Counted from the first letter of the stretch, positions 41,431-55,620 are shown. The stretch: DNA of 64,000 nucleotides from Octopus vulgaris (GCA_951406725.2 OX597826.1:60946001-61010000); one strand, 5' to 3'. Numbers and translations are program-made. The notes: generated by a model not told the origin, from the letters alone.

Positions 41431-42096
41431 TTCTCACACATATATACATACATAAATGATATATGATATATATATATATTTGAAGGATTTTATGATATGC
41501 ACTCAGAGCATATCCGGAAAACATGTGTACGGCTTTACTGCGGCGTCATTGCCAGTTATTATCACCCTTAAATTAATTTCTTTGTTTTCCATGTACGTCA
41601 TCGCTTGCATAGAGGCAGGAGACTTGCATTGATGGACGGCAGCCAGTTTTCTACAATAAACCAAACCTGCGCATACACATGCAGATATATTACCGACCCT
41701 GACCAAAAGATGCTTTATGTGGGCGTGACGTTGTCCACTAGACCCTATTTTATATTTGTGTTTTTATCGTTAACATTCCAAATCTGTTTCGAGAGAGTCG
41801 TAGCATTTCTGAAAACATTGCTAAAAGAGTGCGTGTGTCACATATAACTGGTTCTTCACAACCCACTGTTCGCTTTGATATTGTTTTTTGTCATTGTGTT
41901 TCTCTTAAATTATAGTTGGGTTTTTTCTACAGTCCTTTACATTTCAGTCAATATATATAAAACGAATATTGCTCTGATTTTGCAATTTCAGCTATATTCT
42001 GTTGTATGTTGTGTATTTCTAGATATACAGTGGGTTAGGCTCTACACAGCGTATTTTGAGTTCTTAAGTAGCTAAACCTATATTTGTGACTTCATT

Positions 42097-42196
<100 letters not shown>

Positions 42197-43041
42197 TATA
42201 AGTGTGGACGTGAATTTTTGTGTGCGTGTATTTTGTGTGTGAGGGGGTTAACTATACCAGTGTATCCATGTTTGTGTACACGCATGATTCAATTTCCTGA
42301 CAGCAGTCAACTTCACCACACAATAAACAGAATAACTTTCATGAATAGTTTAATATCAACAAGCTACGTTTTGCATTCGAATTAAATTTTGAATTCACAG
42401 TTAACGTAATTTATCCTGGATGTTTCACCTGCAAAATTTAACCTTATTAAACATGATAGGATAATTAGAAAATTAAATTTCATAAAACAGACAGGAAGGA
42501 AGAGAGAGATGGATGAAAGAAAGAAATAGAGCAAGATCGATGCACACACACACAGAAACTGAAGAAATAATGAAAAAAAAATAAGAGACAGAGATACAGA
42601 ATAAAAGATTTCGAGAACCGGCTATGAAAATTAGGATGCGTTTAATGGAATGTCGCTCGGAAATGAAATTTAAAGGACAGGGAGCACCAATAGAAACAAA
42701 CTTTTGTACGATGAATACCGCAGTAACTCCTAAATGCTACTGCTAGAAAGAGTAGTCAAATATCTTCCAGGAACAACTTTACTGACTCAAAAGAGACGAA
42801 TTGAAAAGTGGTGTTCGAAGTAAACATTGAGTGAAAAAATGTCGAAATAGTTACTGCTAAAACGCTTTTCGACAGAGAACTTATTGACAGAAGCTGAAAC
42901 ATAACGACTACGTATATATAGTGAGCGGAAGAGAGAGACTCTACACTGTAAAACGTTGACCCTGTTTGAAAGATAACTCCGATCCCTCAATTAGGTTGAC
43001 GCATATACCACAGTTAGGTCTTCCGCATTTTTGCACTGATG

Positions 43042-43370
43042 TTTACAGTGAAAAACAACTTCAAATGTGCTTCGGAGAACTTAATATATGTGTTAACTTT
43101 CTCTGGGTGTTGAGAGCAATACATAGGCCAAACCAAAAGCACTCTACGTCAAAGGATGGCTCTATATAGATCTCAGATCAAAATTCGGGAATACAGAAAA
43201 ATATAATTCAGCAAACATATCGACATTTGCGCCAATAGCAAACAACCCAGGTTCAGAATTTTTCCCTCTCTATAAATTCAGGGACGATGCAACCAGTAGT
43301 CAGCGCATTAGCAAAGAGTCATATTTTATCACAAAATATAAACCCCTTTTGAATGCGTCCACCACAAATG
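43042..43370 (+). pseudogene. Penelope-like element GIY-YIG endonuclease C-terminus
   Basis: FTVKNNFKCASENLIYVLTFSGC*EQYIGQTKSTLRQRMALYRSQI...FSKHIDICA...QRISKESYFITKYKPLLN shows LIY...YIG, R, E and PxLN, with stops and a frameshift. Confidence 0.88.
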
Positions 43371-43689
43371 ACCCTATTGCAAGGGCCTTAGAATAATACC
43401 CACGCAAATATTAAAAAAAAACGATATATTCAGAACAGTCACTACCCATGAATTTAAGGACAACTCCAGTGTGTATGTACTGAGTTAAACGCTTCGATTA
43501 GCCGTTTCGAATCCTTCTCGAGACTGACACACTTCAATAAACACTAAATATACTGACGTACACTTTTTTCATATTATTTCGCTATTAACCGTCCTCGCGA
43601 CCTCCTTCTCATCTATGATGGAGGCCACGAACTATGCGATGTAAACCCAGACGTACTCCTGGTCGGTGAATTTTTAAGGAAAATGCGAA

Positions 43690-43893
43690 GGGTGGTTTAT
43701 CAGTTCAAAAATCGATATCCTAGAAATAATCACTTCCTGGCTATTTAATGTTAAAAACCTTCTTGACAGCAGTCATTGTAATCCAGAAAAATATGGTTAC
43801 TATTGGTCCGGCCATCTGGCCGTAAAGAGGAAACACACAAAGAGAGGAACAGACGGACACACAGACGGACATAACGCTCCTTATAGTAATACA
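43690..43893 (-). mobile_element. Probable Helitron 5' terminal fragment
   Basis: GGTCCGGCCATCTGGCCGTAAAGAGG...ACAGACGGACACACAGACGGAC...TTATAGTAATACAT resembles the microsatellite-bearing 5' ends of non-autonomous Helitrons. No 3' hairpin or CTAG was found. Confidence 0.4.
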
Positions 43894-43947
43894 TATATGT
43901 ATGTATGTGTGTGTGTGCATATATATATATATATATATTTATATATA

Positions 43948-44174
43948 TTCTTTTATTCTTTTACTTGTTTTAGTCATTTGAGTGCGGCCATGCTGCAGCA
44001 CCTCCTTAAATGGTTTTAGTCGAACTAATCAGCCCCAGGAGTTATTTTTAAGACTAGTACTTGCTTTATTGGTCTTTTTTGCTGAACCGCTAAGTTACGG
44101 AAACGTAAAGGCACCAACACCGTTTAGAAAGCGGTGATGGGGGGGGGACAAACAGAGACACACATCTATATAAA

Positions 44175-44210
<36 letters not shown>

Positions 44211-44272
44211 TATATATAGGCCTAGGAGTGGCTGCGTGGTAAGTATCTTGCTTACCAACCACATGGTTCTGA

Positions 44273-44273
<1 letters not shown>
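43948..44273. mobile_element. SINE family A fragments (3' part on minus, short head on plus)
   Basis: TTTTACTTGTTTTAGTCATTTGAGTGCGGCCATGCTG... and GGCCTAGGAGTGGCTGCGTGGTAAG. Confidence 0.75.
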
Positions 44274-44339
<66 letters not shown>

Positions 44340-44620
44340 ATGTATACATATGTGTGTGTGTCTGTGTGTGTATCTCTGTATGTATTAAACAATATACACT
44401 CTTTTATAGACGCACACATATATCCATACAATTGTGTACATGCACGTGTGTGTGTGCGCGTGTATGTTTATGTGTAAGGTTAGCAATGTAAAACGAACTT
44501 TGCTTGTATTCGAACTCAATAGAGTAATGGTAAATGTAATGATATACTAGGTGAGTTCTATCTGGCTCTCCAACACCTTCGTACACACACACACACAGCG
44601 AAATGTGCGTGTAAATATAT

Positions 44621-44669
<49 letters not shown>

Positions 44670-44789
44670 TATATATATTATATGCGTGTGTATGTATATA
44701 TGTATATACATACATATATAAATAGGTAGATAGATATTGATTTATATGTATATTCATGTATATCTATATCTATATATATATGCATATGT

Positions 44790-44854
<65 letters not shown>

Positions 44855-45827
44855 TGTGCTTATGTATATGATAGGTATTCATGCATATACATAAATACAT
44901 ACATACATATATACATACGTACATGCAAGCCTCTATATGTACACACATGCATTCACACATACATATACCAACTTTAGATTCGTGTATATATGTTCAGTAT
45001 GAAAGGAAGCCCCAGCTCTGAGGTTTAATTAAGGATGCCTACAACATATGACGATGCAACCGACTCCTCTTTCTCTCTATACTCGTCTCTCTCAGCTTTT
45101 CTACTACACTTCATTTCACTTCCCTTTTACCCTTTCCCCTTGTCTTTCCTTTCTCTTTCTTGAGCATATTGTCCCTGATATGATGTCGGCGGTGTCGTCG
45201 TACATATGATTAATTATATTCCCTTTTGTCTCTATTGAATCAAAGATCTGTCAGACGTGACAATAACATTGATATAGGTTGACTGTAGCGTCTGTGAACT
45301 CTAACCTGAAGCCAGTGTGTTGCAACACGAGAAAGTAAAAGAGAGAGAGAGATACAGAGTGAGAGAGGTAGAGGGGCGAGAGACAGACAGACGAACAGTG
45401 AGAGAGAGAAAGAATGACATAGAAAGACAACGTGGGTAAGGGAGAGAAAGTTTAAAAGAGTTAGATCTTGAATGAGATGGAGAGACTTGAACTGAATGAA
45501 ACGTCCATGCGTGTTCCAAGGTGTGCGTGAGCTGTAAATACACTGGGACATTCCTATTCATTATAATGGTTAAATATCATCATCACCATCATCATTGTCA
45601 TCATCGTCATCGTCGTCGTCGTCGTCGTCGTCAGTTGTAGTAGTAGTAGCAGTATAGTGCAGCGCTTCAGGTCACGGGTTCCGATCACCGCTGCACCGAT
45701 GTGGATTATGCTAATCACCACTTTCGGTGTGTTGAAAGAAGTGCCAGTCAAGAACTTGGATTTTTTTGTGTTCGAATACACACTTGCCTGCCTATAATGA
45801 AGACTTACGAATCATTTCATATTACAC

Positions 45828-45873
<46 letters not shown>

Positions 45874-46021
45874 TGTATACAAATAGAGAGAATGAGAAAC
45901 AAAGATAGACAGACAGACACACCGATATACGTATATATGTATTCCATATGTATGTGCGTGCGTGTTTGATCTTTTTTGTGTGTATGTATGTATATATATA
46001 TGTGTGTGTGCGTGTGTGTAT

Positions 46022-46052
<31 letters not shown>

Positions 46053-46238
46053 GCCATGATAGATCGTTAGCCACTACACACATTTTTTTCTCTCCTTGTT
46101 TTTTCTCTGTCCCTTTCTGTAGAAGAGTGTAGGATCGAAGCATAAAAGAGTTGTTCTATTCCTGAGCGCTATACTAAGACATCTGTTTGTTTTGTACACG
46201 ACCTGTCTTTGTCTTTTGTTTTTTTCGTAAACTCTCCC
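46053..46238 (+). mobile_element. Repeat family D copy between (TA)n tracts
   Basis: GCCATGATAGATCGTTAGCCACTACAC...CGTAAACTCTCCC, with a degenerate hammerhead-like motif at 46113-46148. Confidence 0.75.
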
Positions 46239-46463
46239 TATATATATATTATAGTAATATTTATACGCCAACAGAAAGTGGCAGTCCTATTAAGGACGAT
46301 ATTACTGTTGTTATAGCCCCAGGAAAACATCTTATACACTTTATATATATATATATATATATATTATAGTATGTATCATGTATTATACACACACACACAC
46401 ATGTATTATACACACACACACACAAATACACTCACGTGTGTGTGAGTGTGTATGTATTAACGA

Positions 46464-46555
<92 letters not shown>

Positions 46556-46913
46556 GCGAGAAGGTTTGAGATTATCAAGAAGCATATCTACACACAAACC
46601 TCCCCACATAAGCTTCCAACTGTATCAAACCCACCTTAAACACATTTACAAGACGGTGAGTTTACCTTTCTTCCGAAATAATAAAGTTGCATATATTATT
46701 AGTAATCCTTTATTAAGTACACCTTGCAATGATCGTAATCGTTCTGATCGTTTTTATTGATGATTAACGGAGGTCTATGAGAAAAGAATGAGGGAAACAT
46801 CTACAAATGTAGAGACCGCTGGACTTAGACTTGCCCCATTGTGGATCATAGGTGGGATTCTCGGTAATAATTTCTGTGAGTAAATTTTCTTAAACACCCT
46901 ACGGTAAATACTA

Positions 46914-47133
46914 TTTACTCTCTTTTACTCTTTTACTTGTTTCAGTCATTTGACTGCGGCCATGCTGGAGCACCGCCTTTAATCGAGCAACTCGACCCCG
47001 GGACTTATTCTTTGTAAGCTCAGTACTTATTCTATCGGACTCTTTTTGCCGAACCGCTAAGTGACGGGGTCATAAACACACCAGCATCGGTTGTCAAGCA
47101 ATGCTAGGGTGACAAACAGACACACAAACATAA

Positions 47134-47168
<35 letters not shown>

Positions 47169-47339
47169 CATATATACGACAGGCTTCTTTCAGTTTCCGT
47201 CTACCAAATCCACTCACAAGGCTTTGGTCGGCCCGAGGCTATAGTAGAAGACACTTGCCCAAGGTGCCACGCAGTGGGACTGAACCCGGAACCATGTGGT
47301 TGGTAAACAAGCTACTTACCACACAGCCACGCCTGTGCC
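46914..47339 (-). mobile_element. tRNA-derived SINE family A, full length
   Basis: Same structure as 35283-35706. Confidence 0.92.
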
Positions 47340-47419
47340 TATATGTTTACATTTACTTGAGGTTTACTTCGTTAACATAGGTTACCGCCCTCTGATAATC
47401 ATGTTAATATTTTTCTTAT

Positions 47420-47612
47420 ATACATTTTTTTAAACCTCCTGCTCCGTTCTTTTCTTTTTCGTTCTCTCTCCGTTTTTCCCCTCCTAACCCTTTCTGTCGA
47501 AGACTGTAGGTTCGAAACGTCAAAGACTTTTCCATTCTTCCCAGCGTTAAGCTAATACACCTGCTTGTTGTTCCTTCACCTGACTTCGTCTTTTGTTTCC
47601 TGTAAACTTGAG
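47420..47612 (+). mobile_element. Repeat family D-related copy (diverged subfamily)
   Basis: CTTTCTGTCGAAGACTGTAGGTTCGAAACGTCAAAG at 47490-47525. The copy ends in (TA)n. Confidence 0.65.
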
Positions 47613-47683
<71 letters not shown>

Positions 47684-47706
47684 CATTCATATATATATAT
47701 ACATAC

Positions 47707-48712
47707 AGACAATAGACACAACAGACACTCAGAAAACAGATTCCATCACACTCCAGGGAGAGAAACTAGAAGTAGTTGATAGTTTCCGCTACCTGGGTGA
47801 CCAAGTTAGTAGCGGAGGTGGATGCACAGAGAGTATCACCACTAGAATACGAATAGCCTGGGCAAAGTTCAGAAAGCTCCTACCCCTACTGGCAACAAAA
47901 GGTCTCTCCCTCAGAGCAAAAGGTAGATTGTATGATGCATGTGTGCGAACTGCCATGCTTCACGGTAATGAAACATGGGCTGTGACTGCAGAAGACATGC
48001 GTAGACTTGAAAGAAATGAAGCTAGCATGATCCGCTGGATGTGTAGTGTCAGTGTGCACGCAAGACAGAGTGTAAGCATCCTGAGAGAAATGCTGGATAT
48101 AAGAAGCATCAGATGTGGTGTGCAAGAGCGACGCTTGCGATGGTATGGTCATGTGCTGCGGATGGATGAAGAGAGATGTGTGAAGAAGTGCCACTCCCAA
48201 ACAGTTGAAGGTATCAGGGGGAGAGGTAGACCCAGGAAGACATGGGATGAGGTAGTCAAGCATGACCTCAGAGCATTGGGCCTCACTGAGGCAATGGCGA
48301 AGGACCGAGATCTCTGGAGATACGCTGTGACTACAAAGACCCGGGCTGCTTTCTGCAGCAATTCCACATACCCCCTACCCATTCTAAGTACCCCGGATCC
48401 CCAAAGTACCCTGGATCCCCAAAGTACCCCGATCCCCAAAGTACCCCGGACCTCGTTGCCCCCGTGCCGCTGACACGTTAAAAGCTCGAACCGATCGTGA
48501 CCGATGCCGGACCCTCCGGCCCCTGTGCAGGTGGCACGTAAAAAGCACCCAATCCACTCACGGAGTGGTTGGCGTTGGGAAGGGCATCCAGCCGTAGAAA
48601 CTCTGCCAGATTCAGACTGGAGCCTGGAGCGGCCCCTGGCTTCCCAGACCCGGTCGAACCGTCCAACCCGTGCTAGCGCGGAAAGCGGACGTTAAACGAT
48701 GATGATGATGAT
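47707..48712 (+). mobile_element. 5'-truncated RTE-clade LINE (RT thumb/C-terminus plus 3' UTR, (GAT)n tail)
   Basis: Open frame with LEVVDSFRYLGDQV, RIRIAWAKF, KGRLYDACVRTAMLHG.ETW, RRLRWYGHVLRM and GRGRPRKTW. The 3' UTR GGAAGGGCATCCAGCCGTA...GGACGTTAAACGATGATG follows. Confidence 0.93.
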
Positions 48713-48806
48713 ATATATAATTACATTTATGTTATATACATGTGTCTGTGTATACACATACATATAATACACATACACACTCAGACGTACACTTAAACAC
48801 ACACAC

Positions 48807-48849
<43 letters not shown>

Positions 48850-49064
48850 TTTGTGTTTGCATGTGTGTGTTTATGTGCGGATGTGAGTTTCTGTTTTTGT
48901 GTGTATGTGTGTATGCAGAACTTTCTCCGAAACATGTGATTGGAAACGGTCTGTTATTCTTCTAAATTTTCACACGACTTTTATAATTACTCTAAGCCTG
49001 AAAGATAATTAAAGTTTATGTTTTTAAAATTTATGTTTGTAGCAGCAGAAACAACAGTAACGGC

Positions 49065-49141
<77 letters not shown>

Positions 49142-49270
49142 GAGTCGAGGGGCGGAGTGGGAGGAGGAGAGAAGGAGAGGAGGAGGAGGAGGCGGAGGAG
49201 GCGGAGGAGACGGAGGAGGCGGAGGAGGCGGAGGAGGCGGAGGAGGCGGAGGAGGCGGAGGAGGAGGAGA
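49065..49270. repeat. (GTA)n and (GGAGGAGGC)n repeats
   Basis: Directly visible. Confidence 0.95.
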
Positions 49271-50534
49271 GGACATGGGGGGATGAGGGGGAGAATTGGG
49301 TTCTCTCTCTCCTTTTGTTCATAACGAGAATGATAATGACGATGGTGATGATGGTGATGATGCTGATGATGGTGGTGCTGATGCTATAGTGGTGGTGTTT
49401 TGATGGAGGTTTAGGTTTGCCATCTTCGTCGTCATCTTAGCGCTATTGTTGTCAGTGTTGGCGAAAAAGATAATGATATAGTTTATTACCATTTTAATTA
49501 CCTTCTATACTTAGGACGGATTGTAAAATATTCCAAATTAATTCTTCCAAAATGCAGTCAAGTTGCTTCAGGCATTAACTTCTCATATATATACTTATGT
49601 CCACCTTCTTACGTTTAATTGCCTTTTGTTTTAGTTCTTGCTGTCTTTCGTCTGTTTGTTTGTTTTTTGTCTTCTTTTTTTAGGTCTCAGCCTAACGGTT
49701 TACTGTAGATTTTAAATTTGTATTTCTGTTATTTAAATTTTTCATATGAGTTCAAGTTTGAAAATTCGAATGAAGTGAGGAGATTCAAAATAAAGGTATC
49801 GGTCCTTTCTAGTTGTCTAAAAATGAGAGCACCTATAGTACAAACATTACTGGAAACAATCAGTACCAAATTTCCTGGAACAGGGAGTGTACCCAATATA
49901 TGTGAGTGTAGAGAGATAGAGTGACAGACAGACAGACAGACAGACAAAGTTTTTGAAGTGATGTATAGATATTGTACATTTAGAATAATAAGGTAGTCAG
50001 AATGTTGGATGATTATATATATTTTTTCTATTTAAATTTTTAGCAAACTTACAATAAACCAATTTTTTATAAATCCGATAACGGTAGAAAGCGCTAAAAA
50101 TGTAAGTGAAAACATCTAATAGCATCCAACATCCTTACTACCTAATTATTCTCAATATATATATATATATATATTGTGAATAGATTTGATAGACGGATAC
50201 CGAACGAATCCCGTCGTACATATAATGTGTGCCTGAAAGGACGAAAGGCAAAGTCAATCTCGGGGACATTGGAACGTAAAACCGGAAGGAATGCCACTGA
50301 GTATTTTCCCCAACATGCTACCGATTATGCCAGCTCGCTGACTTGTGTGAAGCCATACTTCACTTCCATGTGTGTGGGAGTGATTATGTGTGAGTATGTG
50401 TGTGTGTGTGTGTATCTGCCTTTTGTGTATAAATAAGGAGGAATTTTTTTTTATTTTAGACACTATTTTGAACAAAAGACGCCGTCCGAGTTCAATCTTT
50501 TTTTTTTAGTAGATAATTTTTTTATTAATTATTC

Positions 50535-50980
50535 TTTATTTGTTACATGTTTCAATCATTGAATCATGGTCATGCTAGGGCACTGCATTCAAAGATATAG
50601 TCAGACAAACTGAGATCAGTACTAGATTTTTCAAGTCTGGTATCTATCGGTGTCTTATCTCGAACCGCAAATTTATGGGGACGTAAACACATCAACACAG
50701 GATATCAAGCGGTGAGGGAGACAAACTCAAAGACATACACACACACACACACACACACACTTAGATTATATGTGTATCTGTGTATGTGTGTGTATGTGGT
50801 GTGTGTGTTTGTATATAAAAAGGGCTTCCGCACGGTTTCCGTTTACCACATTCATTCATAATACATTGGTCAGTATGGGGTTATAGTAGAAAACACAAGC
50901 CCAAGGTAGCGCACTGTGAATATGAACTCGATACCACATGATTGCAAGATGATTTTCTCAACCACGCAGCCATGCCTGCT
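50535..50980 (-). mobile_element. Degenerate SINE family A
   Basis: TTGTTACATGTTTCAATCATTG...GAACCGCAAATTTATGGGGACGTAAACAC...TATAGTAGAAAACACAAGCCCAAGGT. Confidence 0.65.
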
Positions 50981-51328
50981 TAATTTGGAACAATGGTGTG
51001 CTTACTGGCCTGTTGTTTGCATGTCGCAAAGTATCATGGGAATAATGTTATAAATTATAAAAGCATCATCGCCAGATATTACTTTCCTAATCCTTTGAGA
51101 CCGACTGTAAAGCATGTCAGCAACATGCCACTACAATTGTATTTTCCTTCCAATGTTGTGGCCGAGACGATTTTGAAATGATAAGGGTTTTAGAAAGGTT
51201 GTTATACTAAACTGATCACAAAGGACTAACGACAAATTATGAAAATGTTAAATAAGGGTTAGATTAAAAATAATCACAGTCGTTATTTCAATACTGTAAA
51301 TGTGAGTATGAGCATAGATGTCCCCCCC

Positions 51329-51364
<36 letters not shown>

Positions 51365-51367
51365 TAC

Positions 51368-51494
<127 letters not shown>

Positions 51495-51514
51495 TATATA
51501 TATATATATTTAAC

Positions 51515-51706
51515 GGGAAAGTTTACGAAAATAAACAAAAGACGAAGGCAGGTGGAGTACAAACAAACAAATGTATTAGTATAGCGCTCAGGAATAGAAA
51601 TAGAAAAAGTCTTTTACGTTTCGAGCCTACGCTCTGCGACAGAAAGATACACAGAAAAAAACAAGGAGAGAAAAAAATACGTGTAGGAGCTAGCGATCTA
51701 TCATGA
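51515..51706 (-). mobile_element. Repeat family D copy next to (TA)n
   Basis: Motif CTTTCTGTCGCAGAGCGTAGGCTCGAAACGTAAAAG on the minus strand at 51611-51646. Confidence 0.75.
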
Positions 51707-52115
51707 CGTCCTGTTGTCTCAGAATTAACTATTTCAATGAAATAGGGCAAATGTTAAAGCACGACGACAGAATTTTATATTTATTACTTAATTATGACAT
51801 CAAAACAGACAGATTTATAAACAAACACATTTCAAAACTTCATTGAAAATTTTCAACATGCGCGTCTGTGTCCTTACAAATTTCCTTGGAGCTGCGAAAC
51901 AATTTTGAAACATTGCACTGCAAACTAAATGCATTCTTAAGTTCAGCTAAACTATTGCTCTATCCTGGAGGTAAAGAAAAATGGTTACTGCCACATTGAA
52001 ATAAAGTTGTCGTGGACAGATAAGCGGGACCAAACATGTATGAAAGTAAAATTATTTTAAAAATCATAAAAACTGTAAAAAAGATAATTAAATAAATTAT
52101 ACAAATTAAATACAT

Positions 52116-52500
52116 ACTCTTTAGTTCTTTTACTCTTTTACTTGTTTCAGTCATGTGACTGTGGCCATGCAGGAGCACCGCCTTTAGTCGAGAAAATCGA
52201 CCCCAGGACTTATTCTTTGTAAGCCTCGTACTTATTCTATCGGTCTCTTGTGCCGAACCGCTAGGTTACGGGGACGTCAACGCACCACCATCGGTTGTCA
52301 AGCGATGTGGGAGGGGGGACAAACACAGACACACAAACTCATACACACACATACATATATACGACTGGTTTCTTTCAGTTTTCGTCTACCAAATTTACTC
52401 ACAAGGCTTTGGTCGGCCCGAGGCTATAGTAGAAGATACTTGCCCAATTCGCCACGCAGTGGGACTGTACCCGGAACTATGTGGTTGGTAAGCAAGCTAC
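52116..52500 (-). mobile_element. tRNA-derived SINE family A
   Basis: Same core and tail as the other copies. The head is slightly truncated. Confidence 0.9.
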
Positions 52501-52564
52501 CAACATATTAAACTTTTTTTTTTAAAATTGTCCGATTTCACTGAAATAGATAATTGATTCAAGG

Positions 52565-52663
<99 letters not shown>

Positions 52664-53195
52664 GAAATGAAATATTTTATATAGCGTTAAATATTTTGAG
52701 TTTTGACGACGAAACAAAAGCTATCAGGCAAATTTGTTTTAGTGTAATGATATACACACATTTTTTTCTAGTGTAAGGGCGTATATACACATTCACACGT
52801 ACATACAGGTGTATGCGTACGTGCGCTCATTTTTGTATGTGAGTATACTAACGCTCTGTAATGGTTGATATCAGTTACCAATTAAATGTAGATTAAACTT
52901 ACACAGCCGTCAACTGACGTCTGCAGATGGTCCACCAGCTGTTATCAGGTCCTTTTTTCTTCTTTTCATTTATCTTTTACGTGTATTCTCATTACTTTTC
53001 ACTACAACCCCAACACTCACCAGAGTCACCATCGCCATTTCTATCAGCATCATCACCATTCACATCATGATTGTCAGCGTCAATGTAATCTTCACAACCT
53101 TCAGCAGCAGCAGCAGAAACAATACAGATATCAATGTCAACTTCCACATAAAAACCATCCTTTTCTAAATGATTATTGACATCTTCTAAATGACT

Positions 53196-53254
<59 letters not shown>

Positions 53255-53284
53255 TATCATCATCGTCGTCGTCGTGATTTCTCA

Positions 53285-53484
53285 GCGAGCTGGCAGAATC
53301 ATTATGGCGTTGGGCGTAATACTCTGTTCCAGCTTTTTAGTTTTTGAGTTCAAGTCCTACCTAAATCATCTTCGCTCTTCATAACTCAGGAATTGATAAA
53401 ATAAGCTTCAGTTGAGCACTGGGGTCGATATAATCGACTATTCCCCTCCCCAAAAATTTCAGGTCTGTGCCAACAGTAGAAAGG

Positions 53485-53490
<6 letters not shown>
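53285..53490 (+). mobile_element. SINE family B, diverged
   Basis: GCGAGCTGGCAGAATC...CACTGGGGTCGATATAATCGAC...AGTAGAAAGGG with an (ATT)n tail. Confidence 0.7.
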
Positions 53491-53532
<42 letters not shown>

Positions 53533-54254
53533 GAGTGAGTGCATGCCGTCAAAGTGACACTGAGCTAAAATATACGGAGGCCAGTATACCCATCATGACT
53601 ACCCGTCTGATAAAGGTACACTATGCCCATGCATCACAACCATATGTGTGTGACATGGTGTTCTCATATCAAGATAAACAGCGCATGACCTTGCAGGTGG
53701 AGCCCAGTTAGAATTTTCTTCTGGTCGAGTAACCCATCCCGCTCAAAAGGTCCCTGAATAAGGGTTGTTTAAGGATGTGCTCCAACGTAGCCACACTCTA
53801 ACGATAGAAACAAGTAAAAGATAAAAGACAAACAAGAAAAGATCTCCAAACTTAGTTCCTTCCAGTTGCTTCTTTAGTTGTGATAATATTTTTTCTATCA
53901 AAGGGACCCTATTGAATTGTATATACTTTATATACAATAGATTCTGGCATGCAATTTCCTGGTAGTTCTTTCTTATGTGAACAGTCTTGTTTTTTCACAT
54001 CAGACTTCAATCAGTGCCTACCAAATTGGCACATTTACGTCTCTCTACTTACTGGTTACTGTTAGAATTTTATGACATATCGCTGATAAGCGGTACAATT
54101 CTTTTTTTTTTTTTTTTTCTTTTTACTGTTCGCCGACAATCAAATTAGTTCCTGGTCCTTTCCTATCCGGCAATTCTTTTTTTTTATATATCAGCATTAA
54201 AGATATCACCATTGAAGACATTGTTTCTTTAATATTTCTTCTAGGCTAAGTCTG

Positions 54255-54478
54255 CGAGCTGCCAGAATCATTAGCAAGCCGGGCAAAATGCTTAGCGACA
54301 TTTCGTCCGTCTTTACGTTCTGAGTTCAAATTCCGCCGATATCGACTTTACTTTTCATCTTTTCGGGCTCGATAAATTAATTACTAGTGAAACACTGGGG
54401 TCGATGTAATCGCCTAGTGCCCTCCCCAAAAACTTTCAGGCCTTGTGCCTATAGTAGAAAGGATTATTATTATTATTT
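54255..54478 (+). mobile_element. SINE family B
   Basis: Head, core and GGCCTTGTGCCTATAGTAGAAAGG(ATT)n tail. Confidence 0.85.
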
Positions 54479-54489
54479 TCTTATTATTA

Positions 54490-55340
54490 CAGGGTTTATT
54501 GGGGCTCCTGGAGTCTTGCATGCATAGTGGGCTTACTACCTACAGCCTGCGGTACCATGCTATTCGTTTTTTCCCGCTATCGAATACTTTCCCAATTATT
54601 CTGGTCGTGCCAAGGAGGCAAACCTTTTGTAGCAGTTATACTGGGCACTCTATTCCAATTTCCTTTATATTCCTCGTGATGCCTTATGACACAATTCCCA
54701 AAGACCCAACAATAATTGGCACAGTCTTTACCTTCGTCATTTTCCATAGCTGTGTTATTTTGTACTTGAAAGGTTCGTCTCTATCTATCTTTTCGCCTTC
54801 TTTCTTGACTATTCGTGAGTCAAAGGGGTATGCAACGTCAACTTTATAGCATATGTAGTGTACCTTGTCCATCACCACCAGGTCCCGTCTGTGGTGCTCT
54901 AGCACCTGATCTGTTTAAATTGGAAAATCCCAGAGGATTTTGCTAGTCTTCAACTCTACCACGCTCTGCGATTCATACGCATACCACGTCTTGCCTCTCT
55001 CTAGCCCCCACTTTTCACACAGTTTCCAATGTAACACTTTCGCTATCTAGTCGTGTCCCACAATTTGTAGAGGTTTTGGGCAAGTATAGAGTAGTTTCAT
55101 CCACTCTATTGCAAATGCGGCACAACAGAGACACTTGCTCATTCCTCAGGTTGACCCTCCAGTTCGTGGCCAGAGCTTGGTCCTGCGCTACCAGTATAGT
55201 TCTCTCGTTTTTTTTTTTTTAAGGTTCCTTTCATTAGCCAAACCCGCCTATTTTTTCCAGGAACTTCTGTTATGGCTACATAGAATTGATTGTGTAGTCC
55301 CTTCTTACGTAATTCTTTTTCATTTCCTTTTTATACTTCT
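54490..55340 (-). mobile_element. R4/Dong-clade LINE 3' portion with restriction-like endonuclease (decayed)
   Basis: IAKVLHWKLCEKWG...ILWDFPI*TDQVLEHHRRDLVVMDK..CYKVDVAYPFD..KEGEKIDR...VPIIVGSLG is a PD-(D/E)xK RLE. The element is flanked by (TAA)n on both sides. Confidence 0.85.
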
Positions 55341-55368
55341 TCCTTTGTTTTCCTACTGCTACTACTAC

Positions 55369-55420
<52 letters not shown>

Positions 55421-55422
<2 letters not shown>

Positions 55423-55620
55423 GGCGTTGAGCTAGCAGAATTGTTAGCACGCCGGGCGTGTTCTGTGATCAAATTCCGTCGAGGTCGAGTTTCCCTTTCA
55501 TCCTTTCTAGGTGGACAAAATAGGTACCAGTTGAGTACTGGGGGTTGATGTAATCAACTATCTCACCCCAAAAAAAAAAATTTCAGGACTTGTACCAATA
55601 ATAGAAAGGATTATCATTAT
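55421..55620 (+). mobile_element. SINE family B, diverged
   Basis: AAGGCGTTGAGCTAGCAGAATTGTTAGCACGCCGGGC...CCTTTCATCCTTTC. Confidence 0.75.
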
